A stretch of 64,000 bases of DNA, from assembly GCA_014905635.1 (NCBI GenBank), contig JABVCE010000003.1:1116001-1180000 (forward strand), read 5' to 3'. The DNA comes from Scenedesmus sp. PABB004. Its lineage: Eukaryota. Both the position numbers and the translations under genes were made by a program. Shown in pieces: positions 12,153 through 23,427 of the stretch (positions are counted from its first letter, which is position 1; each line of letters opens with the position of its first letter). A model generated the notes under the pieces. That model did not search any database and had not been told where the DNA came from. It saw only the letters and a list, made by a program, of their open reading frames with translations.

Positions 12153-14089
12153 ATGGGCAAGGACTACTACGCCATCCTGGGCGTGGCGAAGAACGCAACC
12201 GATGCGGAGCTCAAGAAGGGTGCGTGCTGCGGCGGCGGCGGAAGCGGAGCACGCGCGCACGGGCCGCCACCGCGCGGCCGCCCGACGCCGCACCGCCCCC
12301 GCCCGCGCCGCGCAGCGTACCGCAAGCTCGCCATCAAGCACCACCCGGTGCGCAGCGCGCGGCGCGACGCCGCGCTGCGCTCTCGGTCCCTGCAGGCCGC
12401 CGACCAGCCGCGCGGCGCCCGCCGCCGCCGCCGCGCTCGCGCCGGGCGCAGGACAAGAACCCGGACAACGCGGCAGCCGCCGAGGAGAAGTTCAAGGAGA
12501 TCAGCGAGGCCTACGACGTGCGCGCTGCACGCCCTGTTCCCCCCCCCCCCCCCCCCCCCGTGCAGCGCCCGCGCGCCGCGCTTGCAGCGCCGGGCCCGGC
12601 CCACGCCCCCGGCCCGGCCCACGCCGCCGCGCCCGGCCGGCCCACGCCGCCGCGCAGGTGCTGAGCGACCCGGCCAAGCGGCAGGTGTTTGATGCCTACG
12701 GCGAGGAGGGCCTCAAGGCCGGCCCGCCGCCGCCGCAGTCGGCGGCATCGCAGAGCCAGGCGCCGCGCGGCGGCGCGCCCGGCGGCGCGTCGCCGTTTGG
12801 CGGCGCCGGCTTTGCGGGCTTCGCGCCGGGCGGCTACTCGGGCGTCGACGCGGCGCGCGCGGCCAACATGTTTGCGTCCCTCTTTGGCGACGCCTTAGGC
12901 GGCGGCGGCGCCGGGCCGCGCAGCCGCGTGCGCATGTTCAGCCGCAAGGGCAGCGCGGGCGGGCCCGAGGCGTTTGCCGACATCTTCGGCGGGCCCGGCG
13001 CCGGCGGCGGCGCGTTTGGCCGCGGCGGCGGCGGCGGCGGCGGCCCGGCGCAGAAGCGGGCGCGCCCGGCCGGCAGCGGCACGGGCGGCTTTGCGTTCGG
13101 CGGCGGCGGCGGCGGTGCGCGCGGCGCGGCGCGCGGCGCGCCCGCCGCGTGTCCCGCCGGCCCGCCGCCCACGCGGCCCGCCCGCCCGCCCGCCCGCGCG
13201 CCGCGCAGCCTCGGACGACGAGTTTGACGCGTCGGTGCTGAGCGACTCCATCCTCGACCGCAAGCCGCGCCAGCGCTGCATCAGCCTCGCGCTCACGCTC
13301 GAAGAGCTCTACACCGGCACCACCAAGAAGCTCAAGGCGCGGCGCGGCGCGGCGCGGCGCGGAGCGCGAGGCCCCGGCGCCGGCGCGGACACGCGACAGC
13401 GCGCGCGCGGCGGGGGCGCGCCGGCGCGCCGGCGCGCCCCGAGCGCCGCGCCGCGCCATGCGCGCCGCCGCGCCGCAGGTCACGCGCCAGGTCTTTGACG
13501 ACGCCGCGGGCCGCTCGGGGCGGCAGTCGAGCGTGATCGAGGTCCCTATCAAGCCTGGCTACAAGGCGGGCACCAAGATCACCTTTGCGGGTGCGCGCCC
13601 CGCGCCGCGCGCAGCGCGGGGCCCGAGGCGCGCGCGGGTGGCGCGCCGCGCCGCGCAGCTTTTGAGCCTGCGAGCCCCGCGCGCGCTGCGCTGCGCCGCG
13701 CCGCAGGCATGGGCGACCGCGAGCCCGGCCGGCCGGCGGACGACCTGGTGTTTGTGATTGCCGAGAAGCCCCACCCCGTGTTCACGCGCCGCGGCAACGA
13801 CCTGCACGCGGTGCTGACGCTGCCGCTGCTCGACGCGCTGCGCGGCGGCGCCGGCGCGGCGCTCACGTCGCTCGACGGCCGCCGCGTGCCGGTGCCGCTC
13901 GGCGCGGGGCCGGTGCAGCCGGGGGCGACGGTGCTGGTGCGGGGCGAGGGCATGCCCATCAGCAAGCCGCCGCCGGGGCGGCGCGGCGACCTGGTGGTCG
14001 AGGCCAGGGTCACGCTGCCGGCGCTCAGCGCGGCGCAGCTCGCCGCCCTGGGAGAGGTGCTCGGCGCGCAGCCGCAGCCGGCGGCGTGA
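12153..14089 (+). CDS. Class II DnaJ/Hsp40 (DNAJB/Sis1-like), 7 exons
   Basis: J domain MGKDYYAILGV...AYRKLAIKHHP|DKNP...KFKEISEAYD|VLSDPAKRQVFDAYGEEGLK, G/F-rich region, C-terminal LTLEELYTGTTKKLK...IKPGYKAGTKITF..GD...DDLVFVIAEKPHPVFTRRGNDL...GEGMP..GDL; no zinc finger. Confidence 0.93.
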
Positions 14090-14385
14090 CGTGGCGGTGC
14101 TGGGCCCTCGTGGTGGTGAGCGGAGGGGCGCCCCGGAGCGAGCTGCGCCCCTTGGCCGCGGGCGAGGGCTGTTGAGCCCTGGCCTGCCGGTGACGCCGCC
14201 GTCGGCACGCCGTCGCACCGCGCCGCCTGGCCTGGACGCCGCGCCCCGCCACCGCGCGGCAGCACTCCCGGCCGCTGTGCAGCAGCGCCGAGCCCGCCCG
14301 CGCCCGCGCCGCGCTCCTCGCCCTCCAGGTCGACGCCCTCGCTGGTGAGCGGGTTCGCCGCCGCGCGCCGCGGCAAACGCGTGCG

Positions 14386-14392
14386 TATATAA
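14386..14392 (+). promoter_or_regulatory. Putative TATA box of the downstream secreted repeat-protein gene
   Basis: TATATAA in an otherwise very GC-rich context ~385 nt upstream of ATG 14776; a likely 5'UTR intron ends at CAG 14763. Confidence 0.5.
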
Positions 14393-14775
14393 GGCGCCCA
14401 GCCGGCTTGCGCGCCGCGCGGGGCGCCCGGGCAGCGGCTGCGCTGGTGCGCGAGCGCTGCTGCCCGTCTGGCCGCCTCGGCCTGGGGCGCGCGCCCGGGC
14501 GCGGCGCCGTGAGATCGTGATAATGACCACGCGCCGCAGCAGGCGGCGCGGCAGCACCGCGTCGGTCGGTTTGGCGACCGGGTGCCGAGAGGCGGGCGCA
14601 GCATTGCACCGCCTCCCGAGGCCCAGCGCGCACGGCGGCCCGGCGCCGGCGCCGCATTGCAATGCTGCCATTCCGGGGCGTCGACGTGGCGTGGCGCGCC
14701 GCCCTCACTCCGCCGCCGCCGCCGCCGCTGCCCGCCGCGGGTGACGCCGACGCGCGCGCGCAGACGCGACCCGCG

Positions 14776-15673
14776 ATGGCGCGCGCCGCTCTCGTTGTGG
14801 CGGTGACGGTGCTGCTGGCGGCGTCCCACGCCGCCGCGGCGGGGCGCGGCCTGCAGGGCGTGCCCGACCTCTCGTCGCTCATGTCCCTCGCGGGCAAGGG
14901 CAAGGGCAAGGGCGCCGCGCCCGCGCCCGCGCCGTACGTGGCCGCGGCGCCGCAGTACGTCGTCGCGGCGGCGCCGCAGTACGTCGTGGCCAGCCAGCCG
15001 CAGTACGTCGTGTCCCAGCCGCAGCAGTACGTCGTCGCGGCGGCGCCGCAGTACGTCGTCGCCGCGGCGCCGCAGCCCCAGGTCCGCGTCGTCCAGGTCC
15101 CCGTGCCCACCCCCGTCCCCGTGCCGGTGCCCACGCCGGTGCGCGCCCGCGCGCCGCGCGCCGCGCGCCGCGCGCCGCGCGCTCGCCGCGCCGCGCCCGC
15201 GCCGGCGCGCTCGCCTCGCCCCGCCCGCGCTCACGCGCCGCCGCGGCCCCGGCCTCTGCCCCGCCGCCGCTGCAGGTGCCCGTCCCCAACCCGGTGCCCA
15301 CGCCGGTGCCGGTGCCGGTGGAGAAGATTGTTGAGAAGGTGGTCACCAAGGTGGGAGGGCCGCCGGCAACGACCGCCGCACCGCGCACGCGCGGGGCTCG
15401 GAGGGTTGTTAAGCCCTGAGCCGCCGCGCCGCGCCGCGCCGCGGCCGCCGCAGACCAAGGTGGTGGAGGTGCCCACGCCCGTGCCGGTGCCCACGCCCGT
15501 CTACGTGCCCACGCCCGTGCCGGTGCGCGCGCACGGCGCTGCGCCGCGCGCACCGCGCGTGTGCGGTCGCGGCGCGCCGCCGACCCCGCCGCCGCCGCCG
15601 CCGCCGCACCGCTGCCTGGCCGCAGGCCAAGGGCAAGGGCTTCACTCTTCCTTCTTTCGGCAAGGGCCACTGA
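14776..15673 (+). CDS. Secreted Pro/Val/Tyr-rich repeat protein (cell-wall-like), 4 exons
   Basis: Signal peptide MARAALVVAVTVLLAASHAAA, then GRGLQ, GKGKGKG, five (P/Q)QYVV repeats, VPVPTP repeats, VEKIVEKVV and C-terminal AKGKGFTLPSFGKGH*. Confidence 0.8.
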
Positions 15674-16441
15674 GCATGCCCACGAGGCAGCTGCTCGCTG
15701 CTCAGCGGGCTTCACGCTGCCTCCTGATGGCGAGGGGCCATTGACTGTGTGACCTGACGACGAGCATGCTGCGGCGCCCGCGCGCTGCGCGCTGCCCCGT
15801 CAGCGCGCTCGCCGGCGCGACGCTTGCATGGTGGTGCTGCCCTGACTGCACTGAGACGGCCTGGAATCAAAGTGCTCGCAGCGCCGCGAAGCGAACGCCG
15901 CGCCCGGCGGCCAGCGGCGCCGCACCCAGCCCTGCCAGCGCTGCCAGCGCTCGCTGAGCTGGTCCCGTGGGTTGAAATAGCTCGCGCATGACGTCGCGCA
16001 GCCCGCCCCATTCAGGGAGACCCGGCAGGCGCGGAGGCGCGGCTGGCTGGCACCGCGGCCCTCGCGCATCGCAGCCCGCGCGCGGCGCCCGCGAGCACTC
16101 GGTCCGAGCGCACGATCGACCTAGAGCCGTGTCACAGCACTCTGCCGCGCGCTCGACCGCGCGATCGCCGAGCCAGGTGCGTTGACGCGGGCGAGGCCCG
16201 CCCGGCGCGTGCGCCCCCCGCCGCCGGCAGGCGGGCGGTCCGGGAGCTCTGAGGGGCCAGGACAGGCTCGGAGCCGGCGCGGGGGCGGGGCTGGGGCGCC
16301 GGCCAGCCCGCGAGCCCGCCCGCCAGCCGGGCGCTGGCAGGGGCCGCGAGCGCCCGGCCCAGCGCCCGGCGCTGGCCGGGCGGCCGACTGAGGCTCGCCC
16401 ACGCCGTGCGCCGCAGGCTCGAAGCTCGACGCGCCAGCAGC

Positions 16442-17810
16442 ATGGCGCCGCGCGCCGCCGCGGTCGCGCTGGCGCTGCTGGTGGCGATGGGTGCGCGCCG
16501 CGCCGCCGGCGCCCCGCTGCGGCACGGGACCGGCCCGGGCCGCCCCATTGCCCAGTCCCTCACCACCCAGCGCCGCCCACCCCCGCCGCCGCGCCCGCCG
16601 CGCCCGCAGCCGGCCCCGCGAGCGCGGGGCGCGCGCTCTCCCAGTTCGCGGGCGCGTACGGCGTGCTTGACAAGCTCGCCAGCCACCCGCTCGCCTCCAA
16701 CATCGCTGACGACGTGAAGTACCACGTGGCGGAGATCAAGGACCACCTGCACAAGGACAAGCCGCAGCCGGTGCAGCAGGCCGTCGCGCCGCAGTACGTC
16801 ATCACACAGCAGCCGCAGTACGTGGTCGCGCCCATGCCCCAGTACGCGCCCGCGCCCGTCGTCGCCGCCCTGCCGCAGCAGGCGCCCGCGCCGGCGCCGC
16901 CGCCGCGCGAGATGACGCTGCCGGTGCGGCGGCGCCGGCAGCGCGGCGCGCGGCGCGTGGCGCACGGCGCGCGGCGCACGCGCCGCCGCGCCCCGTGCTG
17001 CGCTCACCGGCGCGTCCATCGGCGCAGATCATCCGCCCCGAGATCAAGCCCGTGGTGATCCCGCTGCCGCTGCCGATGCTGGTGCACCCCAAGAAGCTCA
17101 AGCTCGGTGCCGGCGCGATGGCGTTCGCCAAGGCCGTGCTCGGCACCGACGACAGCGAGGACGACGACGACACCACCACCACCACGACCACGACCGTGGT
17201 CACGGCCAACCCCTCGGCGCCGCCGCCCGCGGCCGTGGAGGTGCCCGTGCCCTCCGCGCCCGCCGCGGAGGTGCTCGCCGCGCTGCCCGCGCCCGTGCAG
17301 GTGATCGCCACGAGCCGCGCCGCCGCCGCCAGGCTGAGGCTGCTGCGCCTGGCAGCCTGCAACCCGCAGCGCCGCTGACGGCGACGGCTACCGCCGCCCG
17401 CGCCGTGGCGCCCCGCCCCGCAGGCGCCCGCCGTGGCGCCCGTGCCGACCGCGGCCAACCCCTCCACGCCGCCCGCGGAGCTGATCGGCACCGAGGTGCC
17501 CGCGGCGCCCATGCCCGCCGTTAGCGGCGCGACCGTCATCGCCGCCGCGTCCGCGCCCGTGGCGGCGCAGACCGTGCTGCCGACATTCCAGCCCATGCAG
17601 GCGCGGCGCGGCGCGGCGCGGGGCGAGCGCACGGCGGGCCGCGCGGTCTGTCGCGCCCGCGGTCCGTCCCACGCCTCGCCACCCGCTGCTGACCCACCCG
17701 TTGACCGGCTGGCGCCGCAGGTGGTGGCCGTGCAGAACTCGGTCAACGGCCAGGGCTTTGTGACGGGCCAGGCCTACGGCGTCGCGCCGGTGCAGGTGGT
17801 CCAGGGCTGA
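16442..17810 (+). CDS. Second secreted PQYV/Pro-Val-rich protein, 5 exons
   Basis: Signal peptide MAPRAAAVALALLVAMAGPASA plus GRALSQ, then PQYVITQQPQYVVAPMPQY, an acidic DDSEDDDD/poly-T segment, a Pro/Ala/Val-rich region and the ending GQAYGVAPVQVVQG*. Confidence 0.75.
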
Positions 17811-18218
17811 GCGGTGCTGCGCGCCCCAGCTGGCAGCAGCGATCGATGGCGCCGCCGCGAGGCGGCGGCCAGCGAGGGCGAGCGCGCGCCCGCGAGGGCC
17901 GCCAGCAGCGATGCTGGCGCGGTGCGCCGCCGGCGAGGCGGTGCACTGGCGCCGTCCGTCGCTTGTTCGTGATTAAAACAATCTCGCCGGGACGCGTGCC
18001 GCCCCCGCCGCCGCTCGCCGCTCGCCGCGGCGAGGCCGCACCGCGCGGTCCACGCCGCGCCCGCTCGGGTCCCCGACGCTGGCGCGCGAAGGTTTTGCGC
18101 CGCCCGCGAGCCGCCGGCCGAGCCCAGGGCGGGCTGCCCCTGTCGGTGACCGAGTTAAGAGCGCCGCCGCGACGTCGATTGCCGCGACAGGCATGCGGGA
18201 GCGGCGCAGCAGCCGCCG

Positions 18219-21200
18219 ATGCTTTCCGGCGAGGCCCGCGCGCTCCGCCTGCTGGGCCGGCGCTCGCTCGGTGTGATCATAGGCGCCGGGCGGCACCCGG
18301 CGCACGCGCGCTCGCTGGCGACCGCCGGCGGCAGCAGCAGCGGCGCCGGCGCGAGCGACGGCAGCGGCGCGGGCGTGGCGCCCGCCATGGCGGTGGACGT
18401 GACGCGGGAGAACTTTGCGGATGCGCTGCCAGCCATCAAAGACGCGCTCGAGCGCTGTAAGCGGCGGCGGCGGCGTGCACGGCGCGCTGCGCCGCCGCTG
18501 GCCGCCGCGTTGCCGCCGCTCCACACGCCCCCGCGGCCGCGGCCGCCGCGGCCGCCGCAGGCTCCTTCTACGCCTTTGACTGCGAGATGACGGGCCTCTT
18601 CACCGACGGCAACCGCCACGACTTCCTGGACGACATGCAGGCGCGGCGAGTCTCTCGCCCTCGCGCGGGCGCGCGGCGGCGCCCTGGCCTCGCCTCGCCG
18701 CGCCTGCGCCGCCTCGCCGCACGCCCTCCTCACACACACACTCCGCCTCTCTCTCACCTCTCTCAGGTATGCCAAGATGAGTGAGAGCGCGCGGGCGTAC
18801 GTGATCACCCAGTTTGGCCTCTCCTGCTTCGAGCCGGCCGGCCCGGGGGCCTACGCCGCGCGGACGTTCAACGTCTTCCTGTTCCCCCAGCCCCACGGGT
18901 CCTACAACCGCCGCTTCCTGTGCGACGCCGGGTCGCTCGCGTTCCTCGCGTCGCACGGCTTTGACTTCAACGCCTGCATCCGCGACGGCGTGCCCTTCAT
19001 GCCCCTGCGCGCGCGAGACTTCCAGCTGCTGCAGGCGCGGCGGGCGCGGCGGGCCGCGCGGCAGCCGGGCAGAACGGATTCGCCCCCGCGGGCGCGCGCC
19101 GGTAGCCAGTGCTCGCCGCTGGCGTGCGCCCGCGCGCCGAGGCGCACCGCCCGCGCGTGGTCCTGCCTGCGCGCGCGCAGGTCAACCGCACGTACGAGCC
19201 GCGCAGCGCGGCGGTCGCGGGGACGGACGAGGACAGGGCCTTTGTGGAGGGCCTCGTCGCGCTCGTCACCGCCTGGGTCGCGGGCCGCCCGCTGCCCGCG
19301 CTGCCGGGCGTACCGCCGCCGCCGCCCGGCGACGGCGACGACGCGCCCGGCAGCTCCTCGGACGAGCCGGCCGGCGACGGCGGCGGCGGCGCGGCGCCGG
19401 GCGCGGAGCTGGCGCTGCCGCCGCTGAACAGCTTCAAGCGCCTGCTCGCGTACCAGGAGCTGCGCAAGCCGCAGTTTGGCGTCGAGGGGCACCCGGGGTT
19501 CTGGGTCAAAAAGGTGTGCGCGTGTGTACGTGCGCACGCGCTCGTGCCGCGACCGCCACGCACGCCGCCCGCGCGCGCGCGCGCGCGCATGCTCGCGCAC
19601 GCTCACGCCCCCGCGCCCGCGCGCGTCGCAGACGGAGGACTCGCGCTGCCTCGTGCTCGTGCGCTGCAGCGCGGCCGAGGCGGAGGCGTTCGAGGCGGGC
19701 GCGCGCGCGGCGCGCGTCACCGCGATCCACGACGCCGCGGGCTTTGCGGCCGTGTTTGACGCGATGCGCCGCAGCGGCAAGCCCGCGGTCGTGCACAACG
19801 GCCTCTTTGACGTGGCCTATTCCCTCTACTCCTTTGCCGACGCGTACCTGCCCGCCACGTGAGGGTTCCGGGGCTCAGGCGGCTCCGCGCGCCGCGACGC
19901 GGACCGCACGTGCACCGCACATGTCGGCGGCGGCGGTTGCGCGGGCGGTCGCGGCCGCGCCGCGCGTGACTCGCCGCTGCCGCCCGACCCCCACACACCC
20001 CAGGTGGCGTGACTACAAGGCCATGATCCGGGCCTGGTTCCCGGGCGGCATCTACGACACCAAGTACCTCGCAAAGCAGCTCCCAGAGGTGCGGGCGCGG
20101 CCGCGTGTGTGTGCGTGTGCGCGTGGGTGTGCGCGTGGGGGTCACACGCACACACGCGCGCGCGCGCGCGCGCGCGGCGGCGCGGCCGTGGCGCGCGCGC
20201 CGGCGCCCGAGCACCGCCGCCGCCGGCGCCGCGGCGCAGGTGTTTGCCGACCCGCGCGACACCGCGCTCGCCGACGTCTACGCCGCGCTCGTCGAGCGGC
20301 GCGGGGGGCCGGGCGCGGCGCCGCTGCTGCGCGCCGCGTCGGCCGCGCTGCGCGGCGCGCCCGTGGCGCTGCCGGCCGTGGCGCACGCGCCGGGGTTCGA
20401 AAAGTACCGGCACCTCGCCGCGGGCCAGGCGGCGCACGAGGCGGGCTACGACGCGTGGATGACGGGCGCCGCGTTTGCGTGCCTGCTGCCGCTCGTCGTC
20501 GGCAAGGCCGCGGCCGAGCCCGGCGGCGCGCTCGGGCTCGCCGCGGCGGCCGCGGCGGCGGCGCGCGCCGCGGCGGCCACGCCGCAGCCGGGGCAGCAGC
20601 AGCAGCAGTCGGAGCAGCAGCAGGGGCAGCAGTTGGAGAGGCAGCAGCAGCCGGAGCAGCAGCAGGCGCCGGCGGAGGCGCAGCTAGCGCAGCAGCAGGC
20701 GGCACAGGAGCAGGAGCGGGGGGCCGAGCAGGCCGAGGCGCCGGGCGAGCTGGCGGCCGCGCTGCTGGCGGCCGCCGAGGGAGTCAAGGGCCGGCTCAAC
20801 ATGACCTTTACAGACATTGACTACGCCGCGCTGGCAGGCGACGACCCCATCCCAGAGGTGTGCGCGCGTGCGCGTGGTTGGGTGGCGGGTGGGCGGCGGC
20901 AGCGGCCGTCCAGGCGGGACCCGCGCAGGACCCCGCATGCCCGCGGCCGCGCTGCGCGCCGACTCGCCGCCGCCGCTCCGCGCCGCCGCGCGCCCGCAGC
21001 GCCCCGCCATCTTCCACGTGAGCGGGCTGGCGCCCGGCGCGCGCGGCGACGAGGTCACGCGCCAGCTCACGCGGCTCGGCGTGCGCGTCGTGCGCGTCGC
21101 GCCGCTCGAGTCGACGGCCGCGCTCGTCGAGGTCACGCCCGAGTGCACCGACCTGGTGCTGGCCGCCGTCGCCGAGGCGGACGCGGGCCTCGTGGCCATC

Positions 21201-21392
21201 CCCTGGGCGCAGTACGCCGAGGCGCGCTACGCGCACCGCGTGCCGGACGCGGAGCCCGGCCGCGCCGCCGCGGCACCGGGCGGCGCGGGCGGGCCGCGCG
21301 GCGCCAAGCGCCCGCGCGCGAACGACGGCGAGGAGGACGGCGGCGGGGGCGCGGAGGAGGCGGCGCCGGCGCGAGGGTGCAGCATCATGTGA
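18219..21392 (+). CDS. PARN: Poly(A)-specific ribonuclease PARN (CAF1/DEDDh family), about 8 exons; alternative start at 18387
   Basis: MAVDVTRENF...SFYAFDCEMTGL, ITQFGLSCF, FNVFLFP, SLAFLASHGFDFNACIRDGVPF, VVHNGLFDV, IYDTKYL, HEAGYDAWMTG and a C-terminal RRM-like segment. Confidence 0.92.
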
Positions 21393-21700
21393 ACCCTCGG
21401 CTTCCGCGGTTTGAGCGGGGTTCTGCGCTCGCCCGCCGCCCGCTGCGCTTTTCTGAGCGTGTCGCCACCGCCCGCAGCAGGCGCCTCGCCACCACGCTCC
21501 CCTGGGACAAACCGTTTGGACGCGCAGCGGTTGCGCGGCGCCGCCGCTGACAGCGACAGCGGCAGCAGCGGCGCCTGCCCGCACGCCGACCCCGGGCCCC
21601 CTCGCCCCGCCCGGCCGGACCCCGTCCTCCGCTCGTCCCACCGGCCACCCAGACGAAACAGGCTGGCCGCTGCTGAAGCGGCATCGCCTCAGCAGCAACC

Positions 21701-22891
21701 ATGGACGGCCCGCCGCTCGAGCCGCTCCCGTTCTGGCCTGTGACCGCCCTGGGCGGCGGCTTCCCGCCGAGCGTGGAGGCGCTGCTGATGTGCCCCGCCG
21801 ACGCCCAGCCCGGCGGCGGCGGCGAGTGCGGCGAGTGCGACGGCGACCGCGCGCTCGCGGGCGCGCTGGCGCGGCTGCCGCCGGAGCTGCTGCCGGCGGT
21901 GCTCGGCCACCTCGACGGCGGCGCATGCCGCGCGCTGGCGATGACCAACCGCTTCCTGCGCGCCGCCGCCCTGCGCCACGAGCTGGGCAAGGGCTGCTTC
22001 GCGTCGGTACTGACCGCAGCGCGGCGCCTCGCGCAGCTCGCGGCCGAGCCCGACGCCGTCGTGCACCCGCTGCTGCCGGCGCCCGGCGCGGGCGCGAAGC
22101 TGCGGGTGCGCCGCCCCGCGCGCAGCGCGCGGCGCGCGTGCGCCGTCCGCCCCCCCCCCCCCCCCCCCCCCTCTCGCGCCCGGCCCACGCACCGCGGCGG
22201 CGGCGGCGCGGCCGCCGCGTGGCAGGTCAACGCCAAGGTCACGCAGGGCCACGCCAGCGCCGTCCAGCTGCATGCGGTCGAGAGCTCCCCCACGCAGGAG
22301 CGCTTCGTGGAGGAGCAGCTCGCCATGTGCCTCGCGCAGGCGGCGCGCGACGCGGCGCGGCTGCCGGCCGCGTATGCCGGCCTGGACCCGCGCGATGCGA
22401 CGGCCGCGCTGCTGCGGCGGCTGCCGTGCGCGCTGGGCGCGCCGGGCAGCGTCGAGGTGTCGCTGTGGGTGAGCATCGAGGCGCCCAGCGCCGCGGCGGC
22501 CGAGCCGCTGCAGGCGAGCCTCCTGGGCGGCGGGCTCGTGGGCTGCCTCGCGAAGGTGCTGCCGCCGCACAGCGACGCCACAATCGACCTGCGCTGGCGG
22601 GCCGCGACCGAGAAGTGAGCGCGCGCGCGCGCGCGGCCGCCACGCGCTGGCACTGAGGCGCAGCGCGCGTGCCGCCGGCCGCGCCGCAGCAAAGCCAGCC
22701 GCACGACTCCCCACTTCCCCACCACCTCCGCCGCCGCCCCCGCCTACCCCGGCCGCAGCTTCACGTCCAGCCTCCCCAAGCTCTCCGTGTATGTGCGGGG
22801 TGCCCGCCCCGCGGCGCTGCTGCCGTGCGACCTGCGCGCGCAGGCGCTGCGCGGGGTCGGCGGCGGCGACGGCGGCGGCGGCGGTGCGTGA
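21701..22891 (+). CDS. F-box-like protein, 3 exons
   Basis: LARLPPELLPAVLGHLDGGACRALAMTNRFLR is an F-box-like motif. GT-AG introns at ~22106-22225 and ~22615-22758; the last exon FTSSLPKLSVYVRG ends at TGA 22889-22891. Confidence 0.6.
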
Positions 22892-23427
22892 GGGCGGCGC
22901 CTGGCATCGGCGGTGCTGTGTGTGTTGCCGCGGAAGCGCGCCGCCAGCTGACCGCTGGCGCCTGGCGGGCGGGTGGGCGTGTGTTCGCCCCGCGGATAGG
23001 AGCGACACGCGGCGCCTTTACACACGCGACCGGGAGAGTCCAGCTGCGAGAGCCCCGGCCCCTGCGCCCAGCCGCAGCTGCGTCAGAGACACACAAATCA
23101 CTGGCTAGATACCTGCACCAGCGCCGCTCAGTGCCCTGCTCGCGCACACGACGCGCTGCCGCGCCCCTGCCCCGCCCCAGCGCGCGCACTCACGAGGCTC
23201 GGCGCGCGCGCGCTCACGGCGCGGTTCACGCGCGCGCGCGCCGCCGCCCGCGCGATGGGCGGCCCCGCCCCGCCCCGCCCGTCGCTACTCTATACAGGGT
23301 GCGCGCGCGCGCGGCGCCCAATGCGGGCGCCGCGCCGCCCCGCCGCCGCCGTCCGCCGCGGCCGCGTCCGCGGCCACGTCCGCGGCCACGTCCGCGGACG
23401 CGGCCGCCGCAGGCCCCACGCGGCCGC

